From: a virus
Taxonomy: Duplodnaviria; Caudoviricetes
Reading direction: 5' to 3' (one strand)
DNA length: 44,676 bases
Virus record (IMG/VR): IMGVR_UViG_3300044210_000016
Span: 1-44,676 of that record
In this document: piece after piece, positions 1 through 9,593 of the stretch
Layout of the letters: every line of letters begins with the position of its first letter
Numbering within the stretch: position 1 is the first letter of the stretch
Program-made: the position numbers and the translations under genes
The notes under the pieces: model-generated
What the model was told of the DNA's origin: nothing
What the model saw: the letters and a program-made list of their open reading frames with translations, nothing else
The model's database searches: none

Positions 1-15
1 CATACGAAACATTCT

Positions 16-141
16 GCATGTGCGGGTGTTATACAATCAAGATGCCAAGCGACGTGCAGAATGTTTCGTATGAGTCAGGCCAGTCAACGATACATGCTAG
101 GACGTTCGATCTGTTCTTGACAGCACACTTCCAGGACATTG
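16..141. repeat. Terminal direct repeat, left copy (assembly circularisation overlap)
   Basis: 16-141 is identical to 44551-44676 (126 bp); the ORF starting at 44214 reads through the join in frame. Confidence 0.95.
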
Positions 142-239
142 ATCGCGACGAGTCTTTGGGCGAATTCAACACAATCGAGAGGTCTGGCACGGTAGATCCA
201 GACAGCATCGCAATTACATCAAAGGATTTGACAGTATGA
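18..239 (+). CDS. C-terminal part of the tail completion/terminator-like protein (gene starts at 44214 and wraps across the join; ~186 aa)
   Basis: MCGCYTIKMP also occurs in frame at 44553 within the ORF from ATG 44214; position between neck protein and sheath. Confidence 0.7.
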   Translation: MCGCYTIKMPSDVQNVSYESGQSTIHARTFDLFLTAHFQDIDRDESLGEFNTIERSGTVDPDSIAITSKDLTV

Positions 240-1570
240 CTGTAGTTACAACACAGCTGGTGATTTCCGACGCGACACCCAAAGTCAAAGGGTTTGGCAC
301 GGTACTGATCGCTGGACACCATACAGCTTTCGCGGACGTTCGCACATATTCCGCGGATAGCGACGGACTCACGTCGATGGTGTCCGACGGAATCTCTGTG
401 GACAATGAGATTTATTGTATCGCGCAAGCGATCGTTGCGATGAACCCGCATGTCAGCACGCTCAAGGTAGGCAAACTCAGTGCTACGCCCGTAGCTAATG
501 GGTTTTCGTTGACCGTAACTGAGGCCGTGGTAGGTAGGACTTATTGGGTGACGTTGCAGCTAGGGTCCAAGGAGCCTGTAACATTTTCAATGATCGCTAG
601 AACGGGCGCAACACCAACAACACTAGCGGCAGGTTTCTCTGAAATGATCGACATGCACGCGGATTTCGTGTGCACGTACGCAGGCCCTGTGATCAATGTC
701 CTTTCATCTTCGACTGGCGCGAAAGTCAAGACCCGAGGGTTTTGCGAGAGGCTGACATTAATCAATACGATCTCCGAAGCGACGACCGATTACAGTACAG
801 ATCTTGCAGCAATCAACGCGGAGGATTCCGACTGGTATGGTCTGCTGATCACAGGTACGAGTGACGGCGCGCTTGCTGTTGCGCAAACTTTCGCGGAAGC
901 CAACGGCAAATTGTTCATGGGGCTGTGCCCGTCAAGCGCGGCGGTTGCGTCTGGATCGCTCGATGCATTGTCGGTCGCTTCCTCGAGTCACTTGCACCGC
1001 AGCGGAACCGTGGCAACTCGAGACTGGGCGGGTCGTGCGGACGCGCAAGCGCTCTGCCAGCTGCTCGCAATCGCGCCTCCGAACGTTGCGACGATCCACG
1101 GCAAAGCCCTCGCAGGCGCGCGCGTGGATACGTGGAGTGCGACCGCGAAATCCTACATCACAGCGAAGCACGGGATTTCCTACTACAATGAAGCCGGGAT
1201 CCCCATGTTGCACGATGGTTGGGCCGCGTCGGGTCGGTACCTCGATTTGACAGTGCTTGCCGATTGGGTTGTGGCTCGTATCGACGAGGCTTTGATCGCA
1301 CTGATCGCCAACGCCCGAACGATCCCGTTCAATTCGGCCGGCGAAGCAATGGTTCAGAACGCTGTCAGTGGCGTTCTGACACTCGCTGAATCCGCTGGCG
1401 TGATTGCCCCCGCAGCGGACAAGGAACGTGGCTGGAAGGTCACGGTACCTCGTTCTGTGGACATTCCCGCGGCCACCCGAGCCGCGCGCAAAATGCCCGG
1501 CGTGAAGTTCCAATTTTTTGCACTAGGATCTGTTCAAACACTCGAAGTCGTCGGAAGCATGGGAGTCTAA
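236..1570 (+). CDS. Tail sheath protein (DUF3383-like)
   Basis: 444 aa; C-terminal G..ASGRYLD....DW....I and IPFNSAG...V motifs typical of DUF3383 sheaths; precedes tube gene. Confidence 0.85.
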   Translation: MTVVTTQLVISDATPKVKGFGTVLIAGHHTAFADVRTYSADSDGLTSMVSDGISVDNEIYCIAQAIVAMNPHVSTLKVGKLSATPVANGFSLTVTEAVVGRTYWVTLQLGSKEPVTFSMIARTGATPTTLAAGFSEMIDMHADFVCTYAGPVINVLSSSTGAKVKTRGFCERLTLINTISEATTDYSTDLAAINAEDSDWYGLLITGTSDGALAVAQTFAEANGKLFMGLCPSSAAVASGSLDALSVASSSHLHRSGTVATRDWAGRADAQALCQLLAIAPPNVATIHGKALAGARVDTWSATAKSYITAKHGISYYNEAGIPMLHDGWAASGRYLDLTVLADWVVARIDEALIALIANARTIPFNSAGEAMVQNAVSGVLTLAESAGVIAPAADKERGWKVTVPRSVDIPAATRAARKMPGVKFQFFALGSVQTLEVVGSMGV

Positions 1571-1572
1571 TC

Positions 1573-2016
1573 ATGGGTGCCTCACTATATACAGCAAAGC
1601 AGGTAATGTGCGTGGTTGGTGTGATGCCCTTGACCGACGGTCTTGCGGAGGGGACGTTCGTCAAGGTCTCACCGGTCGGTGACGTATCTCGCTCGATCGT
1701 AGGGGCCGACGGGCACGTCACGATCGTGTTGGTAAACGATCCGACATGGGATGTGGAAATCACTCTCATGTACGGCAGCAAGCACAATGAGTATATGAGC
1801 GCTCTGTTTGCTCTGCATACCAACGACGATGCAGGTGCCGCGATCGGGCCTTTCCTTCTAAAGGACAACAACGGCGCAACATTGTATGCCTTCCAGTATC
1901 TCGTGCCCAAGAAGCACGCAGGGACTGAGATGGGATCCGAGGGCAAGGAACGAACGTGGTCGTTCACCGGTATCGGAAACACAGCTACGGCAATTAGTGG
2001 CGGAAACGCTATCTAA
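1573..2016 (+). CDS. Tail tube protein (DUF3277-like)
   Basis: 147 aa; VGADG, ITL..GS..N, GP.LLKD.NG and ERTW.F motifs; follows sheath. Confidence 0.8.
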   Translation: MGASLYTAKQVMCVVGVMPLTDGLAEGTFVKVSPVGDVSRSIVGADGHVTIVLVNDPTWDVEITLMYGSKHNEYMSALFALHTNDDAGAAIGPFLLKDNNGATLYAFQYLVPKKHAGTEMGSEGKERTWSFTGIGNTATAISGGNAI

Positions 2017-2032
2017 GTGTCATAGCTAGTGG

Positions 2033-2533
2033 ATGAGTAACCAGCCAGTCGCGCACGGGGAGCCTGTCTACTTCGAGATTGAGGGCGTTCGATTCAAACT
2101 CAACGCCCTCAAACCGATTCCTGCACTGAAGATCTCACATCAACTGAAGTCCGCGATCTTGCCTTTGATCAACGACTTCACAAGGATGGTAGATCTATCA
2201 GATCTGTCGAACGTGAAGCTAAAGTTCAACGACGACACGCCAGTGATCGATCTGATCAAGCGCGCACTCGAAGTGACCGAGTTACTACCCGATCTGTATA
2301 GTGCCTATGTTGGGTCGTGCGAAGTTGTAGTCCTGAATACGGCAATGTCTATCGAAGCTAGTAACGTGTTTGCGCGACGCAACGGTCTGTTGATTGCGTG
2401 GATCATCAAATGCACTGAGATCCAGTTCGGCGATTTTTTAGACGGAAATGGCCTGATAACAATTTGGAGTCAGGTAAAGACGTTGTTCGGGTCAACATTC
2501 CAAGTTGGATCTGCTGGGAAGTCTGGTACCTAG
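2033..2533 (+). CDS. Tail assembly chaperone (G-like)
   Basis: Between tube and tape measure; contains slippery heptamer at 2434-2440. Confidence 0.75.
   Translation: MSNQPVAHGEPVYFEIEGVRFKLNALKPIPALKISHQLKSAILPLINDFTRMVDLSDLSNVKLKFNDDTPVIDLIKRALEVTELLPDLYSAYVGSCEVVVLNTAMSIEASNVFARRNGLLIAWIIKCTEIQFGDFLDGNGLITIWSQVKTLFGSTFQVGSAGKSGT
2434..2440 (+). other. Programmed -1 frameshift site T TTT TTA (chaperone G/GT)
   Basis: X XXY YYZ heptamer in the correct phase (GAT TTT TTA); the -1 frame is open from here to 2670. Confidence 0.75.
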
Positions 2534-2670
2534 CGACACACCCAAAGTGCCGCAGCACATACGAGGACATCAGGGATCGCTGGACGTTCCTAGAACTGTA
2601 TGAGGCTCTAGTAGTGTTCAGAGAACTTGATCGCGTCGACAGGATTCACGCGTTGCAGCAGCAAGAATAG
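2440..2670 (+). CDS. Frameshift extension of tail assembly chaperone (T-like part)
   Basis: -1 frame relative to the 2033 ORF; no good independent start or RBS; W.LAT...TY.DIRDRWTFLELYEA resembles chaperone C-terminal segments. Confidence 0.65.
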   Translation, partial: RRKWPDNNLESGKDVVRVNIPSWICWEVWYLATHPKCRSTYEDIRDRWTFLELYEALVVFRELDRVDRIHALQQQE

Positions 2671-2687
2671 CCTGATAGGTTTCAACT

Positions 2688-4499
2688 ATGGCTGAGTCTG
2701 GCGCACTTCGACAACTGTTTGCCTCGTTCGTTTTCTCGTTCGATCAGGGCACTCTTGCGCGTGTCAACGGCGCGGTAGACGCAGCAAAAACGCACGTGGC
2801 CAATCTGTCCCAAGGCTTCACGACGACCGCTGCCACTGCTGCGCAGAAACTAGGATCGGCTGTCGGACGCATGTCGGGTTGGACTGCCGCCGTCGCGAAA
2901 GCCACCGCAGAACATGAGAAAGCAGCCGCGGCAGGTGGTAAGATGGAACACGCATTTGCACCCATCGCCGGCATGGTTGGCAAATGGGTCGGCGCGTTTG
3001 CGGCGGTAAAGTTGATGGCTTTCGCGGAAGCCCAAATCGAAGTAGGAGAGCAGACCTACCGTCTGGCGAAACGTGTCGGTGTAGGCTTTGAAGATCTGCA
3101 GAAGATCTCTAAGTTCGTCGCACCTGCCGGAATAACGATCGACAAGCTCCAAAGACCCCTGTTGACTTTGACTAAGAACCTAACAGCAGCGGCCACAACC
3201 GGAAAAGGACCGGCATCAGCTGCGTTCAAAGAGTTAGGGATCAACATCGACAAGGGATCGAAACCCAAAGCCATCGACGTGTTCTACCAATTGGCGGGCG
3301 CGTTAGGTGAACTTGAGGACGACACACGACGAACCGCACTGACCTCAAAATTGCTCGGCATGCAAGGCACTGCATTGTTGCCGGCATTTGAGAATAGCAA
3401 AGAGGCCGTCGCGAAGTTGCGAGAGGAAATAGACGCGTCGGGCGTTGCTATGTCCGAGTCATTTGGACGCAATGCGGAACGCATAGGCATGGCCAATCGC
3501 AAGATGGCCGGGGCGTTCAAGACTTTGAAGATCTCCGCTGTGTCGATCTTTCTGCCGGCCTGGACGTTGTTAGCGGAAACGATGTTCAAGGTACAGAAGG
3601 CGATGATAGGAGTGATCAAACAGACTCAGCTACTGCAATTGACGGTAGGCGTGTTTGCCGCGCAATTCCTAAAGGGTAAGTTGCTCGCAGTATTAGCTAG
3701 TACGATCGTCAAATTCGGTGGCTGGCGTGCGGCGATGATCTCACTAGATGCAACAGCAGGCCCATTCTTGCTAAAGATGGCCGGGCTCGCGTTGATCGCT
3801 CTGATAGTAGACGATCTGATCGGCACGTTCAGAGGTCTGGATTCAGTGACACGTGACGTGTTTGAATCCTTGGTCGGGGTTGATAAAGCCAAGCAGGTAG
3901 TGGAAGATCTCAAAGCCGTTTGGGATCGCTTCGGTGGTACAATCTCGACGGTAGGCAAAGGGGTTCTATCGTTCTTTGGGGAAGCCTTCCTAGGAACATT
4001 ATCGTTGATAGGACTCGCGTTTAGTCGCAACTCCGACGAATCGGACAGATGGGTGGCTGCGTTGTTGCGCAACTCCGAGTCGATCGGCAAAGCATTTGAC
4101 TGGGTTGGCAAACAGATCAGTGGTGTGTTCGACTGGGTTGGCGCCAAGTGGAATGCGCTGATCGACAGCATTAGTGAAGCGCTCGCGAAGCTCCCGAAGA
4201 TCTTCACAGGTGGCCCCAAAGTTGGAATCTCTGGCATGGGTGGCGGGATGCCAGGAGATCAATCGCCGCCCCCGAGCTTCACCAATGCAGCCCCACCGCC
4301 CAAGCCACCCGAGTTCCCGAGCTTCCCGAACTCGGCTCCGGTAACGTCAGGTCCCGGTAAGGTTGTGACGATCAACGACCAGCGCAAACTCACAGTGACT
4401 ACCACTGGAGGCGCGGAAGAAGTGAACAACATCCGAACCAAACTTGATCAGTCGTTCACGTCTGATCGTGAAGCGACCGCGAAAGCAGTAGGCCTATAG
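2688..4499 (+). CDS. Tape measure protein
   Basis: 603 aa, Ala/Gly-rich helical, hydrophobic stretches, FDWVG repeats; canonical position. Confidence 0.85.
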   Translation: MAESGALRQLFASFVFSFDQGTLARVNGAVDAAKTHVANLSQGFTTTAATAAQKLGSAVGRMSGWTAAVAKATAEHEKAAAAGGKMEHAFAPIAGMVGKWVGAFAAVKLMAFAEAQIEVGEQTYRLAKRVGVGFEDLQKISKFVAPAGITIDKLQRPLLTLTKNLTAAATTGKGPASAAFKELGINIDKGSKPKAIDVFYQLAGALGELEDDTRRTALTSKLLGMQGTALLPAFENSKEAVAKLREEIDASGVAMSESFGRNAERIGMANRKMAGAFKTLKISAVSIFLPAWTLLAETMFKVQKAMIGVIKQTQLLQLTVGVFAAQFLKGKLLAVLASTIVKFGGWRAAMISLDATAGPFLLKMAGLALIALIVDDLIGTFRGLDSVTRDVFESLVGVDKAKQVVEDLKAVWDRFGGTISTVGKGVLSFFGEAFLGTLSLIGLAFSRNSDESDRWVAALLRNSESIGKAFDWVGKQISGVFDWVGAKWNALIDSISEALAKLPKIFTGGPKVGISGMGGGMPGDQSPPPSFTNAAPPPKPPEFPSFPNSAPVTSGPGKVVTINDQRKLTVTTTGGAEEVNNIRTKLDQSFTSDREATAKAVGL

Positions 4500-5221
4500 T
4501 GGACTGGCTCATTTGCAAATCGCCTGCGGGTGCGAAACTAGAGATCGGCTGTGACATCATGCTAGGTTGCGACGTTGAAGATGCAATCGAGATGACCACA
4601 TTTCCAATAGAGGGAGGCTCTCCGGCGAGTGATCATGTGATCGTTCAACCTCGCACGTTGACCGTGAATCTAGTACAGTCTAAGACTCCACTAGAGCGCA
4701 TGAAGCAAGGATCGATCAAGGACGTCCCAATACGCCAATCAGACTTCAAACCGCACGGCTTGCTACTGTTGACGACTATGGCCGCGAACGCAGTATCTGG
4801 CGCGGTATCTTCGATCATGGGTCTGTCACAAGACGCGCCCCGTATCTGGACGTACGACGTCGAAAAGAGAGATTTCGTCAACGAGTTACACAAGGCACTG
4901 ATTGACGCGCAACGTGGCGTCTATGAGTGCACAGTAACACTCAAGGGCGCGACGTATATCGGAATGCGAATGATCAAAGTGTCTCGATCCTATGCGGTAA
5001 CAGAGGGTGACGGCGCGGAGGCCTTTACGATTGAGTTCCGTGAGCTGAAGATCGTCAGCACTGCAGTCGCCAAACTGCCTATGCCCGCAGCGTTGAAGCC
5101 CCCTGTATCAAAGGGTAAGACGGGTAAAGAGTCTGCGGAGGGCAACGAGAAAGAAATCCGCAAAAAGACGATGGCTAAGAAGGGGCTAGAAGCATTCACC
5201 AAAATGGCTTTGGGGTCATGA
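4499..5221 (+). CDS. Baseplate/distal tail tube-initiator-like protein
   Basis: T.FPIEGGS.ASDHVIVQP and FTIEFRELKIV motifs; follows tape measure. Confidence 0.7.
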   Translation: MDWLICKSPAGAKLEIGCDIMLGCDVEDAIEMTTFPIEGGSPASDHVIVQPRTLTVNLVQSKTPLERMKQGSIKDVPIRQSDFKPHGLLLLTTMAANAVSGAVSSIMGLSQDAPRIWTYDVEKRDFVNELHKALIDAQRGVYECTVTLKGATYIGMRMIKVSRSYAVTEGDGAEAFTIEFRELKIVSTAVAKLPMPAALKPPVSKGKTGKESAEGNEKEIRKKTMAKKGLEAFTKMALGS

Positions 5222-5547
5222 GCCTTTATCGAATCCTGTTAGACACTACATCCACGCTCACGTCATATTCGTTGACGGAGGATCTCGACGGTTCCGAGTA
5301 TCGACTCGAGTTGAACTGGAATCGTGTAAGACAGTGTTGGACACTCAACATGTACGCGGACGACGGGTCTGCTATCCTTGAAGGATGTACGGTCATCCCT
5401 TACGTCAACTTGTTGGATGGCACGTGGAATCCAAAGAGGCCTCCGGGCGCACTAACCCTGATCCAGACACGCGGTGAGGATGTGTTACCCGATGTGCAGA
5501 CACTAGGGGTTGAACAGCTGCTCTACTACAACGCAACCAATGAGTAA
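5218..5547 (+). CDS. Small baseplate protein
   Basis: 109 aa, LDG.EYRLELNWN...CW.L motif typical of this baseplate gene class; synteny. Confidence 0.6.
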   Translation: MSLYRILLDTTSTLTSYSLTEDLDGSEYRLELNWNRVRQCWTLNMYADDGSAILEGCTVIPYVNLLDGTWNPKRPPGALTLIQTRGEDVLPDVQTLGVEQLLYYNATNE

Positions 5548-6382
5548 CGTATTTGGCAGATCGTGGCGACTTGAGATCGGTTCGATCAAGATCGAATCGA
5601 TCTCAAAAGGTGATGGATCGATAGGTCCAGAATCGTTGCGCGTGACGTTCTCGATCGAGCGTGAAAAGACTCACGATCCGAACAAGGCTGAGTTTGCAAT
5701 ATACAACCTAAGTCCCGATCATAGAAGGGACCTTGCCAACGGCGAGTTGACAGTCCGTTTCATGGCAGGCTATGGGTCCGCTCTGGATCTCATGTTTTTT
5801 GGTGTCTTGCGAGGCTCCGGATCGCAGGATGACGAGTCTGGCAACAAGATCACCACGGTTACCGCCGGTGACGGTGATTCGAAGATCGTCAACAGCAGGG
5901 TAGCCAAATCGTTCGCCAAGGGGACACTGATTCGCAACGTCGTTCAGGCATTGGTCGACAATATGGGGATCAAGCCTGGTAACCTGTCGACATTCAGCCC
6001 GCTGTTTTCTCTTGGCGGGCCTACACTCTCGAGACCAATTGCGTTGCACGGCGTGACGTCCGAGGTGCTTGCCGACTTCTGCAGATCGATCGGATACGAG
6101 TATTGCGTGATTGACGACGCATTGCAGATTCGACCGACGGGGATGCCGGCAGGTACGGGGCCGTTGCTGAGCGCGTCAACGGGGCTTGTGGGTTCGCCAC
6201 AGCGAGATCAAAAAAGCAAGGTGACTTTTCAGTGCCGGCTCATGCCTGGGGTGCTTCCAGGGCTCGCAGTCACGCTCGCGAGCGCTCACGTGTCAGGGGT
6301 GGCACTACTCGAGAAAACCAGGCACTATGGGGATACTCACGGCGCGGACTGGACGATTGATGCAGAAGGAACCTTGAAGTGA
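5540..6382 (+). CDS. Baseplate hub protein
   Basis: LRVTFSIE....PNKAEFAIYNLS, AGYG, GDG, TGLVGSP and GDTHG..W motifs; ATG 5540 preferred over TTG 5510. Confidence 0.75.
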   Translation: MSNVFGRSWRLEIGSIKIESISKGDGSIGPESLRVTFSIEREKTHDPNKAEFAIYNLSPDHRRDLANGELTVRFMAGYGSALDLMFFGVLRGSGSQDDESGNKITTVTAGDGDSKIVNSRVAKSFAKGTLIRNVVQALVDNMGIKPGNLSTFSPLFSLGGPTLSRPIALHGVTSEVLADFCRSIGYEYCVIDDALQIRPTGMPAGTGPLLSASTGLVGSPQRDQKSKVTFQCRLMPGVLPGLAVTLASAHVSGVALLEKTRHYGDTHGADWTIDAEGTLK

Positions 6383-6993
6383 CAACGTGGGCCGCGATAC
6401 TTCGACAAGCGATCCAACGCAGCCTTGACGGCACACACACGATGTGTCCTGCAATCGTCACGTCGTACGGCGGTGGATCCACGTGCTCGATCAAGCTGGT
6501 CGCGCAAACCGACCCTGAAGTGCCAGAGATCCCAGGCGTGCCAATTTTCGAATTTGGTGCTGGCGGGATGTTCTTGCACATGCCTATTGCTAGTGGCGAC
6601 GGAGGCTTGGCGATCTTCTCTGAACGTGATTTCACCGGATGGCTTGTAGGGGGCTCTGTTAGCAAACCCTTGTTGCTCGCAACACACGGGCTCTATGCGA
6701 TCTTTCTTCCTGGACTGAGGCATGAGAAACAGCCAACAGATTCAAACCTCGAGTCAATGTCTGGCGCAGTACTAGGAGCGATTGGCGGTCCGTACGTCAA
6801 CGTGCAGTCGGACAAGGTTACGATCAGTTCCGGGCCGTTAGCAGCCGCGACAACGAAACCCTTGTGCAAAGCTGCCCAATTTGAAGCTTGGGCTGGCGCG
6901 ATTGAAACCGCACTTGGGGGCTTGGGAGTTCCAACAGCTGCGTTGGCCCTACAGAGACAAGGCGCGGCAACAACCAAACTAGAGGCGGAATGA
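6379..6993 (+). CDS. Baseplate central spike (Gp138-like)
   Basis: HT..PA.V, VPI..GAGG..L..PI..GD.GLAIFSERD motif. Confidence 0.75.
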   Translation: MTTWAAILRQAIQRSLDGTHTMCPAIVTSYGGGSTCSIKLVAQTDPEVPEIPGVPIFEFGAGGMFLHMPIASGDGGLAIFSERDFTGWLVGGSVSKPLLLATHGLYAIFLPGLRHEKQPTDSNLESMSGAVLGAIGGPYVNVQSDKVTISSGPLAAATTKPLCKAAQFEAWAGAIETALGGLGVPTAALALQRQGAATTKLEAE

Positions 6994-7325
6994 ATTTCCA
7001 AATCGCAGGAGATCTGGCACTGGCAGCAGACGGTCGTAGCGTGCTGATCGCCAAAGGTGTTGATCGCATTCGGCAACGATTGATCGTCATATTCGGTATC
7101 GCACGGGGATCCTACGAATACAGTCAGGTAGGTTTCCCCTACGATGAGACGATTGGGCTACCTATGAACGAAGGCCGACTGAGGGAACTAGTTCGCGCTG
7201 TGTGCCTCGAAGATCCAGAAGTCACAGGTGTTAGTGATATGGTGATCAGATACAACGGCAATCGCGCTTACTCACTGACTATGAAAGTGCACACAGCAAC
7301 CAGTGAATACACGGTCATCTTATGA
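6990..7325 (+). CDS. Baseplate wedge subunit (gp25/GpW-like)
   Basis: GDL, RIRQRL...RG.Y...GFPY pattern; precedes baseplate J. Confidence 0.65.
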   Translation: MNFQIAGDLALAADGRSVLIAKGVDRIRQRLIVIFGIARGSYEYSQVGFPYDETIGLPMNEGRLRELVRAVCLEDPEVTGVSDMVIRYNGNRAYSLTMKVHTATSEYTVIL

Positions 7326-8518
7326 CGTCATATGGGATCACAGACTCAGGCTTCGTTCGCAAACCTTACGAAGTAATCCTTGCCGAAATGCAATCGTTCG
7401 TGCGTGGCAAGATCTCGCCTAACATGTTACTTAGCGAGGCCGAGGTTGCTGGAGCAATATTGATCGGCACTGCGGATGAACTCGCCAAGTTGTGGGAGGT
7501 AGCAGAAGCCTCATATTTCGGGATGGATCGTCGCTACGCAACGGGTTACTCGGTCGTCTCGATCGGTAAGCTAACGGGCACGTGGCGCAATCCTCCGCAC
7601 AAGGGGCTGGTGACGATGCGCTTGACCGTGCAGTGGCCTACGGGCACCCGTATTGAGCCTGGATCGATCATCGTCTCTGAGCAAGGCAACACCTCGAACA
7701 CGTGGACCAATCGCGATTGGATCGAGATCGCTTCACACACGATGTCAGGCGGAGAGATCGTTCCGCAATACGTGACCGCGATCTTCATCTCCACACTCGC
7801 GAGTTCTCTTGCTAAAGGACCTGCAGAGAGTCTGACCAACATCACAACCAAGTTGGACGGCTTGTTGGCTGCGATCAATTTGCTCGACGCCGAACCAGGT
7901 GATGACGTCGAATCGATCGAAGCTCTTAGGTTACGCGGTGAGTTGATGGTCGGGCAAACCGCGACGACTACTGCTGATGGGATCCAAGCAGCCATCGCGG
8001 CAATCCCCGGTGTGATCTCTTGCAGCGTTGAGACCAACAACAAGGATTCGTGGGAATTTGGGATCCCTCCACATTCGATCCGTGTCAACGTCTGGGATGG
8101 TGTGACGCCGCAGGCAAATAATGCGGAGATCTGCAATGTAATCTACAAGAACCTGCCTCCGGGCACCGGCACATGTGGTGATTATTCAACAGTAGTCACG
8201 ACTGCCAGTGATGAAACTGAAACAATCTACTTCGCTAGGTGCAACCAGGTGCCGGTAGAGGTTGAGTTCGTCGGACATGGGAACATCGCAGCGGAAACAG
8301 TGGCCGCACTGGTCGCAGAGTATGCACAGCCTGCCGCACGCAAACCGCTGTATGCGTCGTCGATTATTGCCGCTGCCTTGCGCGCTGGTTGCGAGTATGT
8401 CGACACGCCTCTGATCGGGATCCAAGGGACTACGCGTACGGCAATCTCGGCCTTGCAAGCAGGCAATCGGGACGTGCTCGTATTGGATTCTTCACGTATG
8501 ATTGTGAGCATATCATGA
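7322..8518 (+). CDS. Baseplate J-like protein
   Basis: YGITDSGF.RK N-terminus, G.D.ES.E.LR.R, GIPPHSI motifs. Confidence 0.85.
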   Translation: MTSYGITDSGFVRKPYEVILAEMQSFVRGKISPNMLLSEAEVAGAILIGTADELAKLWEVAEASYFGMDRRYATGYSVVSIGKLTGTWRNPPHKGLVTMRLTVQWPTGTRIEPGSIIVSEQGNTSNTWTNRDWIEIASHTMSGGEIVPQYVTAIFISTLASSLAKGPAESLTNITTKLDGLLAAINLLDAEPGDDVESIEALRLRGELMVGQTATTTADGIQAAIAAIPGVISCSVETNNKDSWEFGIPPHSIRVNVWDGVTPQANNAEICNVIYKNLPPGTGTCGDYSTVVTTASDETETIYFARCNQVPVEVEFVGHGNIAAETVAALVAEYAQPAARKPLYASSIIAAALRAGCEYVDTPLIGIQGTTRTAISALQAGNRDVLVLDSSRMIVSIS

Positions 8519-9045
8519 GCTATGACGCGACAAGTTTAGAGGCTATGTGTCTCGCTTACATGGGCGGTGTGACACTGCCTGTGATTGAACAGAATGGCAT
8601 GGTACCGGTAGTCAAAGCAGACACTGACTCAATCAATTTCGAGTACAAATCAACGTCTGAACTGGGCATATCAGAACCGGGGACTGACACGCTGTATAGG
8701 GGTGGGTGGCGCATCTATGAAGCCACAACGCCTCTGTATTCGGAGATCATCGCAGGGACTCCGAACGCGAAGCACTTCATTGAAGGTGTCGGGATTATCA
8801 AAGCTGCGTCCGTGTCTTGTTATAGGCTCAGCAGATTCAACATCTGTTACTATGGCGACGGTGAGACGTCTAAAGTAACACACACAGAATATGGCGTCAC
8901 TACTATTTACCTTGGAGGATCGTTGCCGGCTTTGGGCAACCTGACGACGACGATCACCGGTGGGAACATCAGGCTCGGTGTAACCAATGCTTCAGGCAAC
9001 GAATCGGGTTTGAAACTCTACTACAGAATTTGGACTTTCACGTGA
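8515..9045 (+). CDS. Hypothetical protein, probably virion-associated
   Basis: ATG 8515 overlaps the baseplate J stop (ATGA); beta-rich composition. Confidence 0.55.
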   Translation: MSYDATSLEAMCLAYMGGVTLPVIEQNGMVPVVKADTDSINFEYKSTSELGISEPGTDTLYRGGWRIYEATTPLYSEIIAGTPNAKHFIEGVGIIKAASVSCYRLSRFNICYYGDGETSKVTHTEYGVTTIYLGGSLPALGNLTTTITGGNIRLGVTNASGNESGLKLYYRIWTFT

Positions 9046-9593
9046 GCCACTTACTTGACGGTCTTTTCAAGCTGCCTGCAAGTTTTCAGGGCAAGCCGCG
9101 GATTGCCGCACTGTTTGCAGCCGGGCTTGTGCAGTCAGACGAACTCGAGGGCGTGTTCGCGGCTATTGACACGCAGCGCGACGTTGAGACGGCGAACCGT
9201 CGGCACCTTGAGATACTTGCCCGGCTGGTGAAAGAGCCTGGCAGGCCTCAAGACGATGAAGTGCTGCGGAAGTTGGTGATCGGAAGGGCCTTCGCAAATT
9301 CGTCAAATGGCAACTTTGAGACACTCATCAGAGTCCACTCTCTATTATTTGACACGCAAGCAGCGACGATCGTAAGGTACACGCCCAAATATTTACAGAT
9401 CAGACAACCACGATCGACATACCCTAGTGGCAGTGCTTTACAGGCGATGAGGGTTTGCAAGCTGTACTTAGCGGTGCTACAGGCCTGCGTGGATCCAGGA
9501 ACCTCAATAGATCTGTACTTCGTTCCGGACACGAGCATGCCCTACCCTTCAACGATCGGACTTTACCCAATGGTCCTAACGGTCAGACTATGA
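9042..9593 (+). CDS. Baseplate wedge protein (DUF2612-like)
   Basis: F.GKPRI.AL, A....L..LA.LV, DDE.LR...N.S.G motifs; GTG 9042 overlaps the upstream stop. Confidence 0.65.
   Translation: MSHLLDGLFKLPASFQGKPRIAALFAAGLVQSDELEGVFAAIDTQRDVETANRRHLEILARLVKEPGRPQDDEVLRKLVIGRAFANSSNGNFETLIRVHSLLFDTQAATIVRYTPKYLQIRQPRSTYPSGSALQAMRVCKLYLAVLQACVDPGTSIDLYFVPDTSMPYPSTIGLYPMVLTVRL

Noticed and set aside
1-18. Inverted repeat of 55-72 at the very start (possible hairpin telomere)
   Set aside because: Bases 1-15 do not match the circular junction and interrupt a gene that is intact at the other end; most likely a fold-back chimeric read artefact
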